DNA from: Chloroflexota bacterium
Lineage (GTDB): Bacteria; Chloroflexota; Dehalococcoidia; Lucifugimonadales; GCA-002723415
Assembly (NCBI GenBank): GCA_002723415.1
Contig: PBOA01000027.1
Coordinates: forward strand, 38,278-102,277
Direction of reading: 5' to 3'
DNA length: 64,000 nt
The translations under genes were made by a program, and so were the position numbers. Shown here in pieces: positions 10,057 to 19,098 of this stretch (its first letter is position 1; every line of letters starts with the position of its first letter). A model generated the notes under the pieces. It was not told the origin of the DNA. It worked only from the letters and a program-made list of their open reading frames with translations, and did not search any database.

Positions 10057-10106
10057 ATTGTGAATAGACTATCAAGCTTTTAAAAGCTTGATAGTCTATT
10101 CACAAT
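10057..10106. terminator. Perfect 50-nt palindrome, probable bidirectional intrinsic terminator between the DUF3500 gene and dnaK
   Basis: ATTGTGAATAGACTATCAAGCTTTT / AAAAGCTTGATAGTCTATTCACAAT are exact reverse complements with a T/A-rich centre. The palindrome sits between convergent stops at 9977 and 10108. Confidence 0.65.
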
Positions 10107-10107
10107 A

Positions 10108-12012
10108 TTACTTAACTTCTCTAAATTCACCATCAACAGTGTTTTCATCTGAATCAGAATCTTTTTCTTCACCTTCTGCTGTATTGACTTCTCCAGAGTC
10201 ATTTTGAGGTTGGCTATATACTATTTCACCTATTTTTTGCATAATTGTTTGTAATTCTTGCATAGATGATTTAATTTTTTCAGAATCTTTTTCAGAGATA
10301 GCTTCTCTTGATAATTTTATTTTTTCTCCTATCTCAGTTTTTAAATCTTCGGGTATTTTATCTTCATTATCTTTTACCATTTTTTCTGCAGAATATACCA
10401 AATTATCTGATGTATTTAGAGTTTCTATTTCTTCACGTTTTTGTTTATCTTCTTCTGCATATTTTTCAGATTCTTCAACCATACGGTCAATTTCATCTTG
10501 TTCTAGACCTGAGCTAGCAGTAATAGTAATTTTTTGTTCTTTTCCTGTACCTTTATCTTTAGCTGAAACGTTTAAAATTCCATTACTATCTATATCGAAT
10601 GTTACTTCAATTTGAGGAGTTCCCCTACCAGCAGGTAGTATACCTTCTAAATTAAATCTTCCAATAGATTTATTTTCTGAAGCTGTAGTTCTTTCACCTT
10701 GTAGTACATGTACTTCTACACTTGTTTGGTTATCAGCTGCAGTAGTAAAAGTTTCGCTTTTTGCTGTTGGTATAGTAGTATTCCTTGGTACTAATGGTGT
10801 AGATATTCCTCCTAATGTTTCTATTCCCAAAGTAAGTGGAGTCACATCTAATAAAAGTACATCTTGAACGTCTCCTTGTAACACACCGGCTTGTATTGCT
10901 GCTCCAATAGCTACAACTTCATCAGGATTAACTCCTTTATTAGGTTCTTTGCCAAATATTTTAATTACTGATTCTTGAACAGCTGGCATTCTTGTCATTC
11001 CTCCAACTAGTATAACTTCATTAACTTCTCCAGCAGTAATTCCTGCGTCTTTTATGGCTTGTTTACAAGGTGTCACAGTTCGCTTAATTAATTCAGCTAC
11101 CAATTGTTCAAATTTGGATCTCGTTAATTTATTTACAAGGTGTTTGGGGCCAGAAGAATCAGCGGTTATAAAAGGTAGGTTGATCTCAGTTTCCATTAGT
11201 GTAGATAATTCAATTTTTGCTTTTTCTGCAGATTCTCTTAATCTTTGAAGGGCCATTCTATCTTGTTTAAGGTCAATGCCTTGTTCTTTTTGGAATTCAT
11301 CACATATCCAGTCTATAATTACTTGATCAAAATCATCTCCTCCGAGGTGAGTATCGCCATTAGTAGCTTTTACTTCAAAAACACCTTGGCTAATCTGCAA
11401 TATAGTTATATCAAATGTTCCTCCTCCTAGGTCATATACGGCTATAGTTTCTTCACCCTTTTTATCTAGTCCATAAGTTAATGAGGCTGCAGTTGGCTCA
11501 TTAATTATTCGTAGAACTTCTAAACCAGCAATTTTGCCAGCATCTTTAGTAGCATTTCTTTGACTATCATTAAAATAAGCAGGAACAGTTATTACTGCTT
11601 GTGTAATTTCCTCTCCTGTTTTTTCCTCAGCATCTTTTTTTAATTTTTGTAGAACCATAGCTGAGATTTCTGGAGGAGCATAGCTCTTGTCGCACATACT
11701 TACATGCGCATCTCCATTAGTGTGCTTGGTTACCTTAAATGGAACTAATTTTGTATCTGACTTAACTGTTTTGTCAGTAAATTTTCTTCCCATTAATCTT
11801 TTTACAGAAAAAACCGTGTTTTCTGGGTTTGTAATTGCTTGGCGTTTTGCTGTCATTCCAACATAACGTTCATTCGATCTTGGATTTACCCCTACCATAG
11901 ATGGAGTAGTTCTTCCTCCTTCAGCGTTTTCTAGAACCCTAGGTTCTCCCGCTTCTATAATTGCCATACATGAATTTGTAGTGCCAAGGTCAATTCCTAA
12001 TACTTTCGGCAT
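10108..12012 (-). CDS. dnaK: Molecular chaperone DnaK (Hsp70)
   Basis: [20 protein letters not shown] and an acidic C-terminal tail. AAGGAGG Shine-Dalgarno 9 nt upstream. Confidence 0.98.
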   Translation of the reverse strand: MPKVLGIDLGTTNSCMAIIEAGEPRVLENAEGGRTTPSMVGVNPRSNERYVGMTAKRQAITNPENTVFSVKRLMGRKFTDKTVKSDTKLVPFKVTKHTNGDAHVSMCDKSYAPPEISAMVLQKLKKDAEEKTGEEITQAVITVPAYFNDSQRNATKDAGKIAGLEVLRIINEPTAASLTYGLDKKGEETIAVYDLGGGTFDITILQISQGVFEVKATNGDTHLGGDDFDQVIIDWICDEFQKEQGIDLKQDRMALQRLRESAEKAKIELSTLMETEINLPFITADSSGPKHLVNKLTRSKFEQLVAELIKRTVTPCKQAIKDAGITAGEVNEVILVGGMTRMPAVQESVIKIFGKEPNKGVNPDEVVAIGAAIQAGVLQGDVQDVLLLDVTPLTLGIETLGGISTPLVPRNTTIPTAKSETFTTAADNQTSVEVHVLQGERTTASENKSIGRFNLEGILPAGRGTPQIEVTFDIDSNGILNVSAKDKGTGKEQKITITASSGLEQDEIDRMVEESEKYAEEDKQKREEIETLNTSDNLVYSAEKMVKDNEDKIPEDLKTEIGEKIKLSREAISEKDSEKIKSSMQELQTIMQKIGEIVYSQPQNDSGEVNTAEGEEKDSDSDENTVDGEFREVK

Positions 12013-12016
12013 AAAT

Positions 12017-12589
12017 TTATTCCTCCTTTTTATTATTCTCTTTCAAATCTTTTTTGTCTTCAGATGGTTTTGATACAGTTACTTGAGCAGGTCTTATAAC
12101 TTGGTCTTTAAATTTATATCCTTCTCGTATAACGTTTACTACCAAGCCTTCTGAAATGTTTTGACTTTCTTCATATAAAATTGCTTCATGTTCTCTTGGG
12201 TCAAATTCCTTTCCTTTTGCTTCTATCTTTTTAACATCTAGGGATTCTAGGGTATTAATAAAATTTCTTTGTACAAGTATTAGTCCTTCTCCCCAACTAG
12301 ATTTAATTGAATCATCAGGTATTATTGAGGTTGCTCTTTCAAAATCATCTATAATAGGGAGAATTTTTAAAATTAGAAAAAAATTTGTAGATTTTCGTAT
12401 TTCTTCTTTTTCTTCTGAGGCTCTTTTTCTATAATTAACTAAATCAGCTTGACTTCTTTGAGCCATTGCATAGTATGTATCTTTTTCTTTAATTAATTCT
12501 TCAATTTCATTTTCTTTATCTGAATTTTTATTTTCAGTGTTTGTTTTTTTTGATTCACGACTAGAATTAGCTTTAGATTTTTTTGGCAT
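12017..12589 (-). CDS. grpE: Nucleotide exchange factor GrpE
   Basis: Charged N-terminus, a long helix and a C-terminal beta domain ([11 protein letters not shown]). It sits 4 nt upstream of dnaK. Confidence 0.9.
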   Translation of the reverse strand: MPKKSKANSSRESKKTNTENKNSDKENEIEELIKEKDTYYAMAQRSQADLVNYRKRASEEKEEIRKSTNFFLILKILPIIDDFERATSIIPDDSIKSSWGEGLILVQRNFINTLESLDVKKIEAKGKEFDPREHEAILYEESQNISEGLVVNVIREGYKFKDQVIRPAQVTVSKPSEDKKDLKENNKKEE

Positions 12590-12609
12590 AAATTATTTCT
12601 CCCATGAAA

Positions 12610-13047
12610 TTATTCAGTATTTCCGTATAGTATAGTTAACATTTCATCAATTCCTTCTGATAATAATTTCTTTAATTCAATACTATTTGAAGGCTCCATT
12701 TCTTTTTTTAACATAATTAATTTGTTAAAAAGAGCTATCGCCATTCTGACTCCAGCTAAATTAAGCCCTAATTCCCCTACAAGGTGTTTTATTAATTCTA
12801 ACCTAACAATGTCTTCTTCAGAATATAGTCTTAGCATTCCAACAGTCCTAGATGGCCTTACTAATCCCAATCGTTCATATTTTCTAAGTGTTTGCGGGTG
12901 CATTTCTAGCATTCTGGCAGCAACACTGATTATATATACTCCAACTAGTTCTGTTTCAGAATGGTGATCAAATTCTGGATTAAAAGAAATAGGGTTATTT
13001 AATTTAATTCTAATTCGGTAATCTGAATTGTCACTGAAATATTTCAT
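12610..13047 (-). CDS. hspR: MerR-family heat-shock repressor HspR
   Basis: The HTH region YIISVAARMLEMHPQTLRKYERLGLVRPSRT ... YSEEDIVRLELIK ... GLNLAGV is closely similar to actinobacterial HspR. It is the first gene of the grpE-dnaK operon and is preceded by a HAIR site. Confidence 0.8.
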   Translation of the reverse strand: MKYFSDNSDYRIRIKLNNPISFNPEFDHHSETELVGVYIISVAARMLEMHPQTLRKYERLGLVRPSRTVGMLRLYSEEDIVRLELIKHLVGELGLNLAGVRMAIALFNKLIMLKKEMEPSNSIELKKLLSEGIDEMLTILYGNTE

Positions 13048-13080
13048 ATATAATAATAGTTAATTGTTAATCTAGTTTAT

Positions 13081-13109
13081 ATATTAAATCTTGATACAGA
13101 TTATGTCAA
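13081..13109 (-). promoter_or_regulatory. Sigma-70-type promoter of hspR-grpE-dnaK (-35 TTGACA, 17-nt spacer, -10 TAATAT) overlapping the HAIR
   Basis: On the minus strand, 13109..13104 reads TTGACA and 13086..13081 reads TAATAT, with a spacer of exactly 17 nt. The -35 hexamer is part of the HAIR half-site. Confidence 0.6.
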
Positions 13110-13110
13110 G
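13090..13110. promoter_or_regulatory. HAIR (HspR-associated inverted repeat) operator
   Basis: CTTGATA-CAGATTA-TGTCAAG compared with the consensus CTTGAGT-N7-ACTCAAG: 5 of 7 matches in each half with correct N7 spacing. It lies directly upstream of hspR. Confidence 0.75.
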
Positions 13111-13135
13111 GTTTAATATATAAACTAGATTAATC

Positions 13136-13747
13136 TTAGTCTGTTTCGGAAAAACGTTCTTCTTTCCAATAGTCTCCATTCATATGGTATCCCCTGCTTT
13201 CCCAAAATCCTGGCAAATTGTTATTTATGAATTCTATTTTATTTACCCATTTTGCACTTTTCCATCCATATCTATCAGGAACAACTAGTCTTAATGGATA
13301 TCCATGTTCAGGTGAAATTACTGATCCTTCATGAAAGTGTGCCAAAATAACATTTTCTTTTAATAAAGTTTCAAGGTCTAGATTAGTAGAATAACCTCCA
13401 TATGAATAAATCATTACATAATTTGCTTCAGGCTTAGGTTTCGCGAGTTCATATATTTTTTTGAATGGTATTCCTTCCCAATGGTTTACTAACCTACTCC
13501 ATTGGGTAATACAGTGAAAAGGTGAGACAGTTTTGACCATTTTATATTCTTGAATATTTGTCCAATTTAATGTAAATGGAAAATTGATATTTCCAGTAAT
13601 CTTTAGCTCCCATTTTTCTATATCAATATTAGGAATTTTTCCAAAAGTTAATGCAGGAAATTTTTCAGTTATAAACTGTCCTGGAGGGATATCTTCGGAA
13701 ATAATATTTTTACGAATTTTTTTTATTTTATTTAGTTTATTGAACAT
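13136..13747 (-). CDS. Small molybdopterin-dependent oxidoreductase of the sulfite-oxidase fold (YuiH/MsrP-like catalytic domain), no signal peptide
   Basis: Mo-ligand Cys context FHCITQWSR, plus EHGYPLRLVVP and GWKSAKWV motifs typical of the Oxidored_molyb domain. 203 aa. Confidence 0.8.
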   Translation of the reverse strand: MFNKLNKIKKIRKNIISEDIPPGQFITEKFPALTFGKIPNIDIEKWELKITGNINFPFTLNWTNIQEYKMVKTVSPFHCITQWSRLVNHWEGIPFKKIYELAKPKPEANYVMIYSYGGYSTNLDLETLLKENVILAHFHEGSVISPEHGYPLRLVVPDRYGWKSAKWVNKIEFINNNLPGFWESRGYHMNGDYWKEERFSETD

Positions 13748-13886
13748 ATTAGATTATATTTTATATTAAATTATACTATCTATAATATAGATTAATTGAT
13801 ATTTTATTATATGATAGCCTTGTGACAAATGAAGTGATGAAAGATATTTTTTATTTTAATTTTATACAAATTTGGAGATTTTTTAA

Positions 13887-16199
13887 ATGTTTTGTGAGAA
13901 ATGTCAAATAGAAAATCACGAACAAAATAATTATTGTACTAATTGCGGCAGACGTCTTTTAAAGAATAAAACTTCTACAGCTGACTTAGATGGTTTAGAA
14001 AAAAATTCTAAACCTATGAATTCAATAAATAGGATCATCAATTTAGAAAGACAAGTTAAATCACTTAGGTTGATCCTAGCTAGAAATGGCATGTCGATAG
14101 AAGAAAAGGATTATATTAGGGAATTTCCTCCTCCTACTACAGACCCATCGAAAAACATAAAAGATATTAGTCAATCAAAGCTTGAAAAGTCAGATAATCT
14201 CATTGAGTCTTATAAAAAAAGATTTAATAATATATTTGATTTAGAGCTAATTTTAGGTGGTAATTGGTTAGCTCGTATTGGTGTGTTTGCTGTATTAATA
14301 GGTACTGCATTTTTTTTGAAGTTAGCTATTGATAATAAATGGATAGATGAAACAGGACAGGTAACTCTAGGGATCTTAACTGGTCTAATTTTTATAGGAT
14401 TAGGAGAGTATTTTTATAGAAGTTACACAAAATATGCTCAGACATTATTTGGTGGGGGTATTGGAATATTATATATTTCTGTGTTTGCTGCATTTGCTAT
14501 ACATAGTATGTTTGGATTATATATAACTGTAGGCATGGTTTTTTTAATTACCTTTACTGCGTCCTTACTTGCCCTTAAGCATGATTCTGCAAGTTTAGCT
14601 ACAATAGGTATTATAGGTGCATTCTTAGCTCCATTTATTATTTCTGCAGGTAATTCAAGTTTAATTTCTCCAGGTAGCAGTAATTATAATAATCTTAAAT
14701 CTCAATTTCTTTTTTATGTAATATTACTAGACTTAGGTGTTTTATTTTTATCTACTTTTAAAAACTGGAGTTGGTTTAATAAGCTTGCGTTAGTGTTTTC
14801 TATGTTCGCATTTGTATTTTGGTATATTGAATTTAGTAAAATAACTACATTCTGGGAAGCTCAAGTATATTTGTCGATTATATTTGCGATATTTATTTTT
14901 GTAGGCTTATTATTCCATATGATCTGGAAACGTGTGCCAGGAATTTCAGATTATTCTACTATGCTAGCTAATGGAATATTTTATTTGATTATTAGTAATT
15001 GGATTTTTAGAGATTCTGATTTCAAAAATTGGTTGGGTTCTTTTACTTTATTAATTGCCGTTATTTATTCTTGTATAGGATATTATGCTTTCAGGGTAAA
15101 TAAATCTAATTCTAAGTTAAGCTTGATGTATTTTGGAATATCTTTATTATTTATTACTATTGCTTTTCCAATCCAATTAGAAGGAGCATGGCTAGGAGTA
15201 GCTTGGTCAATTGAAGGAGCTTTAGTTATATGGCTTTCTTTTGTGTTAAAGTCTTGGGAATTTAGAATAAGCGGATACTTTATTCTAGCACTAACATTTA
15301 TCTGGATGATATTTTATAGAACACCTACTTTGTTAAATTTGAAAATAACTCCAATATGGAATGTATATACTATTGAATATATTCTAGTAATAGCATCTAT
15401 CCTTGTGTCTGGCTGGATTATCAAAAATTCTTCTAATTATATTTTAGATAGAGAAAAAATTTTAGAAGAATACGGGCGAGGATTAGGGTTGCATTCAGTA
15501 TTTTTTAGTTGTGCCAATTTACTATTTGCTGTGGGTATTTTTATACAGCTTGAAAACTCTTGGATTATATTTACTTGGAGTATATTTAATTTATTATTAA
15601 TCTTTGCTTCTTTTAGATTTAGTTTAATTGAATTAAGGTGGTTTTCATATTTATTATTTGGTATTTCTATAATAAATTTAATTAGTTTAGACATTGTTAA
15701 TTCTAATAATGAGAGTATTCAATTTATTTTAAATTATAGGTTTCTTGCTTTTATATCTATTATTGTGTCTTTATATGGTTCAGCATATTTAATTTTTAGT
15801 AATAAATTAAATATACTCGATAGATTTGAAATAAGATATATATTACTTGCTATTCTGGTTATTACTAATTTGCTCACTCTAATAATGTTTAGTTTAGAAA
15901 TATTGGATTATATAAAAGATACTAAATTAAGTAGTCTAGGTGTGAGTATATTTTGGGCTATTTATGCAGGAATCATATTATTTATTGGAGTTATTAGAGA
16001 ATTTAGGCTTGTAAGAATTGGAGGGTTAATAATTTTAGCTGTACCCGTCGCAAAATTATTTTTGTATGATGTTTTTTCACTTGATCAAATTTATAGAGTT
16101 TCTGCTTTTTTAATTTTAGGTGCTATATTAATTATTGGAGGTTTAATGTATCAAAAATATAGTAAATTAATAAAAGGTTTTTTATTTGAAAATAAATAG
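13887..16199 (+). CDS. Zinc-ribbon-fused giant polytopic membrane protein, DUF2339-like
   Basis: N-terminal CxxC-x12-CxxC (CEKCQIENHEQNNYCTNCG), a short coiled-coil-like segment, then roughly 20 hydrophobic helices over about 650 aa. The DUF2339 assignment is from memory of that family's architecture. Confidence 0.65.
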   Translation: MFCEKCQIENHEQNNYCTNCGRRLLKNKTSTADLDGLEKNSKPMNSINRIINLERQVKSLRLILARNGMSIEEKDYIREFPPPTTDPSKNIKDISQSKLEKSDNLIESYKKRFNNIFDLELILGGNWLARIGVFAVLIGTAFFLKLAIDNKWIDETGQVTLGILTGLIFIGLGEYFYRSYTKYAQTLFGGGIGILYISVFAAFAIHSMFGLYITVGMVFLITFTASLLALKHDSASLATIGIIGAFLAPFIISAGNSSLISPGSSNYNNLKSQFLFYVILLDLGVLFLSTFKNWSWFNKLALVFSMFAFVFWYIEFSKITTFWEAQVYLSIIFAIFIFVGLLFHMIWKRVPGISDYSTMLANGIFYLIISNWIFRDSDFKNWLGSFTLLIAVIYSCIGYYAFRVNKSNSKLSLMYFGISLLFITIAFPIQLEGAWLGVAWSIEGALVIWLSFVLKSWEFRISGYFILALTFIWMIFYRTPTLLNLKITPIWNVYTIEYILVIASILVSGWIIKNSSNYILDREKILEEYGRGLGLHSVFFSCANLLFAVGIFIQLENSWIIFTWSIFNLLLIFASFRFSLIELRWFSYLLFGISIINLISLDIVNSNNESIQFILNYRFLAFISIIVSLYGSAYLIFSNKLNILDRFEIRYILLAILVITNLLTLIMFSLEILDYIKDTKLSSLGVSIFWAIYAGIILFIGVIREFRLVRIGGLIILAVPVAKLFLYDVFSLDQIYRVSAFLILGAILIIGGLMYQKYSKLIKGFLFENK

Positions 16200-17490
16200 T
16201 TATGTATGTAAGATGAGTCCTTTTTTATTTAAATTTTCTGTAATTGCATTCGTTACATTATTTTTATTAAATATTAGTCTTTTACGTGCAGATTTTTTTT
16301 TAACCCAATGGCCATATTATAAAGATATTATTATTGATGAAAATAAATTGGATGATAAAATAATTGAAGTAAAAATTGATTCTCAAATATACAAGAAATC
16401 GGATATTGATTTAAAAGACTTACGAATAGTTGAAGATAATAAATATGAAACGCCCTATAGTATGCAGGTGAAGTCAGGTTTATCTAGTGAAAAATATTTG
16501 AATAGCAAAATTGTAGAGAATAGTTTTTTAAAAAATCAATTTAATACAGTTATTGTAGATTTAGGAACTTTAACTACTATACATAATCAAGTTAATATAA
16601 TTAGTCTTTCTGAAAATTTTAGCCGAAAAGTTTCAATAGAATCGAGCATTGATAAAAACCAATGGAAGAAAATTGGTTCTGGGGAAATATCTGCATTTAG
16701 AAATAATGACATTTCATTTCGAGATACAGTAGTTCAATATTTAGATTCTAAATCACAATTTTTGCGGATTAAGGTAGAAGATGGTGGAAAAGGGGAGTTG
16801 TCAATATCAGATATTGAAGTTGTGTTTTCTAAAGAGATTCCTGCTGAAGAAACATCTTGGGATATTTTAAATTCGAATATTGTTAATGATAAAAATTTAT
16901 CTTTAACAACTGTATCTTTGGATTTGGGCTTTGAAGGGATCCCTAGTTCTAAAATTTTGATTAAAGCAGAAACAGAAAATTTTTATAGATTGGTAGATGT
17001 CAAAGCTAGTACAGATAAGAGAAACTGGGAAAAGATTGTTAACAAACAACCTATTTTCTCTTTTTCTGATGGAGGCTCTTTGATTATTGATAACGTTATA
17101 GAATACCCTGAAATTAAAAAAAGATTTATTGAAATAGTAATTTATAATCAAGATGATCTTCCTTTAAATGTTTTAGAACCTAATATTATTGGAGTTAATA
17201 GAAGTGTGATTTTTAAAGGTGATTTGGGCCATATGTATAGGCTTTATTACGGTAATTTAAATGCAAAAAATGTTTCTTATGATATTAAGTATTTTTTTGA
17301 GAACATAGATACACGTAATTCTTATAAAGCCATTTTAGGAATTGAGCAAGAGAATATATTCTTTTTAGATAATTTAAGTATTTTCGACAGGCATTCTTGG
17401 CTAATGCCTGGGATTTTATTTTTGACTGCTAGTATATTGGCAATAATAATAGTAATTACTATTAGAAGGATCAAATTATATACTAGTTAG
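16186..17490 (+). CDS. DUF3999-like exported protein with two discoidin/galactose-binding-like domains and a C-terminal TM anchor
   Basis: A signal-like peptide begins at the ATG at 16213 (MSPFLFKFSVIAFVTLFLLNISLLRA). Two similar modules end in W-K/E-KI ... RFLRIKV / KRFIEIVI, followed by a C-terminal helix WLMPGILFLTASILAIIIVITI. The true start may be 16213 rather than the TTG at 16186. Confidence 0.6.
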   Translation: MKINSYVCKMSPFLFKFSVIAFVTLFLLNISLLRADFFLTQWPYYKDIIIDENKLDDKIIEVKIDSQIYKKSDIDLKDLRIVEDNKYETPYSMQVKSGLSSEKYLNSKIVENSFLKNQFNTVIVDLGTLTTIHNQVNIISLSENFSRKVSIESSIDKNQWKKIGSGEISAFRNNDISFRDTVVQYLDSKSQFLRIKVEDGGKGELSISDIEVVFSKEIPAEETSWDILNSNIVNDKNLSLTTVSLDLGFEGIPSSKILIKAETENFYRLVDVKASTDKRNWEKIVNKQPIFSFSDGGSLIIDNVIEYPEIKKRFIEIVIYNQDDLPLNVLEPNIIGVNRSVIFKGDLGHMYRLYYGNLNAKNVSYDIKYFFENIDTRNSYKAILGIEQENIFFLDNLSIFDRHSWLMPGILFLTASILAIIIVITIRRIKLYTS

Positions 17491-17501
17491 TAATATATAT
17501 A

Positions 17502-17945
17502 CTATACTTCTTCTTCTTCTACGGCTGAGTATTTTGAAGGGCATTTAACTATTATATTATTACTTTGAAAATTTTTATTACTATCGTATCTGCCTTCAAG
17601 AATTATTTCGGAATGTTCATTAAAAAACAAATCAGGGATTATTCCATTATGGTAAGCATTTAATGTTTCTTGTCCGTCTGTAAGTATGAAATAAGAGGTA
17701 GTAGAGTCCTCTTCTCTAGAAAAAGAATTTGGTTTTAATGTACCACTAATGCGAAGCATCCTCTCAGATTTTATATTGTTATCTAATTTATTTGCTTCTC
17801 CAACAGTATAGTAATAAATAGTGGCACTATTGAATGCTAAAAATATTAGATAAGATAAAGCTCCAATTAATACTAGCACGCTTACAACTATTTTATATTT
17901 GTTATTAATAATTATATTTTCATTTATATTAAGGGATTCACTCAA
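17502..17945 (-). CDS. ccmE: Cytochrome c maturation heme chaperone CcmE, Cys-type variant (CxxxY)
   Basis: N-terminal TM anchor and an OB-fold body (RISGTL ... GIIPDLF ... IILEGRY). The C-terminal IIVKCPSKYSA aligns with E. coli VLAKHDENYTP. The Cys codon TGC is at 17541..17543. Confidence 0.85.
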   Translation of the reverse strand: MSESLNINENIIINNKYKIVVSVLVLIGALSYLIFLAFNSATIYYYTVGEANKLDNNIKSERMLRISGTLKPNSFSREEDSTTSYFILTDGQETLNAYHNGIIPDLFFNEHSEIILEGRYDSNKNFQSNNIIVKCPSKYSAVEEEEV

Positions 17946-17972
17946 TTTAGCACACTAAAAGTTTTTCGATTA

Positions 17973-18275
17973 TTAAGATTTTTCATTAGAAATGATATTT
18001 TCCAGTTCTTTAATATCATGAATTATATTTTCTTGTTTTTTAGACATAAAAAATAAATATCCAAAAAAAGCTATCCATGTTACGAAGAAAACTGCAAACA
18101 AATATCCAAGGTTTGAATTGGATTCTTTGATTATAATTTGACCATTTGCAGCACTTGTGCCTCCATCGCTAGAAAAAATTATGTCTTGAGTCATCAAAAA
18201 CATCAAACTAATAAATAATATGCTTATAATATTTTTTAAAAAAGAATAATTAATTAATGTTTCTATATATCTCAT
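17973..18275 (-). CDS. ccmD: CcmD-family protein (alternative long form with N-terminal signal-like extension)
   Basis: The C-terminal helix LGYLFAVFFVTWIAFFGYLFFMSKKQ followed by a charged tail resembles heme exporter protein D. It lies between ccmC and ccmE and overlaps ccmC by 26 nt if the first ATG is used. Confidence 0.5.
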   Translation of the reverse strand: MRYIETLINYSFLKNIISILFISLMFLMTQDIIFSSDGGTSAANGQIIIKESNSNLGYLFAVFFVTWIAFFGYLFFMSKKQENIIHDIKELENIISNEKS

Positions 18276-18924
18276 CTATTTTACCTTCGATTTTTTTTAA
18301 ATTGTATCTTTTGTTAAGCATATATATATATAATATTGTAAATGATAATAATGAAATTAAAAATGTTATTAGCATTTTACTATCTAAATCCATAGGTATA
18401 TTAGGGCTTGGATGTGCCGATCTCCACCATACACTTGCCATGTAAATAATAGGAGCATCGATAGCTCCGATCAACGCAATAACAGAGCTATATTGTTTAC
18501 TTTGAATTCCTGCTGGAGAATATGATCTTACCATTAAGTATCCTAAATAAAAAAACCATAGTATTAGAGTAGTTGTAAGTTTAGGATCCCATGTCCACCA
18601 CACCCCCCAGATTGGCTTTGCCCATATACTTCCTGTTACCAATATCAGGGACGCGAATATTATTCCTAATTCTGCTGAAGAATATGCAAGGTTATCCCAT
18701 TTTTCATTTTTAGTAATTAAATGAATAAAACTGGAGATAGCAACTATTATTATAGATATCATTCCTAGCCAGCCAATGGGGACATGAAAATAAAAAATTC
18801 TTTGAGCTATTCCTTGATTTATTTCAGTAGGCACCCAAATGAAAATTAAATATAAGCTGATAAGAAATATCACAGCAGATATTAATAGTGTGGCATTTGA
18901 AATTGAATTTTTTATATTAATCAA
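18250..18924 (-). CDS. ccmC: Heme exporter / heme lyase component CcmC
   Basis: WWD motif WGVWWTWDPKLT and QRIFYFHVP in the first loop. Six TM helices, 224 aa. Confidence 0.9.
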   Translation of the reverse strand: MINIKNSISNATLLISAVIFLISLYLIFIWVPTEINQGIAQRIFYFHVPIGWLGMISIIIVAISSFIHLITKNEKWDNLAYSSAELGIIFASLILVTGSIWAKPIWGVWWTWDPKLTTTLILWFFYLGYLMVRSYSPAGIQSKQYSSVIALIGAIDAPIIYMASVWWRSAHPSPNIPMDLDSKMLITFLISLLSFTILYIYMLNKRYNLKKIEGKIDEIYRNIN

Positions 18925-19098
18925 ATTGCTAATTTTCTTAATTATTAAATCATCTATTTATAAATATATCATATGCTTAATTTAGCCACAATTGGTGAAG
19001 TTTTTTAATAAATAATAAAATCAAGTGAAAATATTTACTTATATTTAGCATAGTTATTAAACCAAATATTATAGTAATTCAATTAATACATTAATTTA

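Larger units (their letters stand above)
13067..13133. repeat. 67-nt near-perfect palindrome: 22-bp perfect outer arms enclosing the HAIR operator
   Basis: TTAATCTAGTTTATATATTAAA (13067..13088) is the exact reverse complement of 13112..13133. The inner part is also palindromic with one mismatch. Confidence 0.9.

Noticed and set aside
16186-16199. A 14-nt overlap between the DUF2339-like and DUF3999-like genes as evidence of translational coupling.
   Set aside because: The overlap depends on a TTG start. The ATG at 16213 begins a textbook signal peptide and would leave a 13-nt gap instead. The genes are still tightly linked, but the overlap itself is not reliable evidence.
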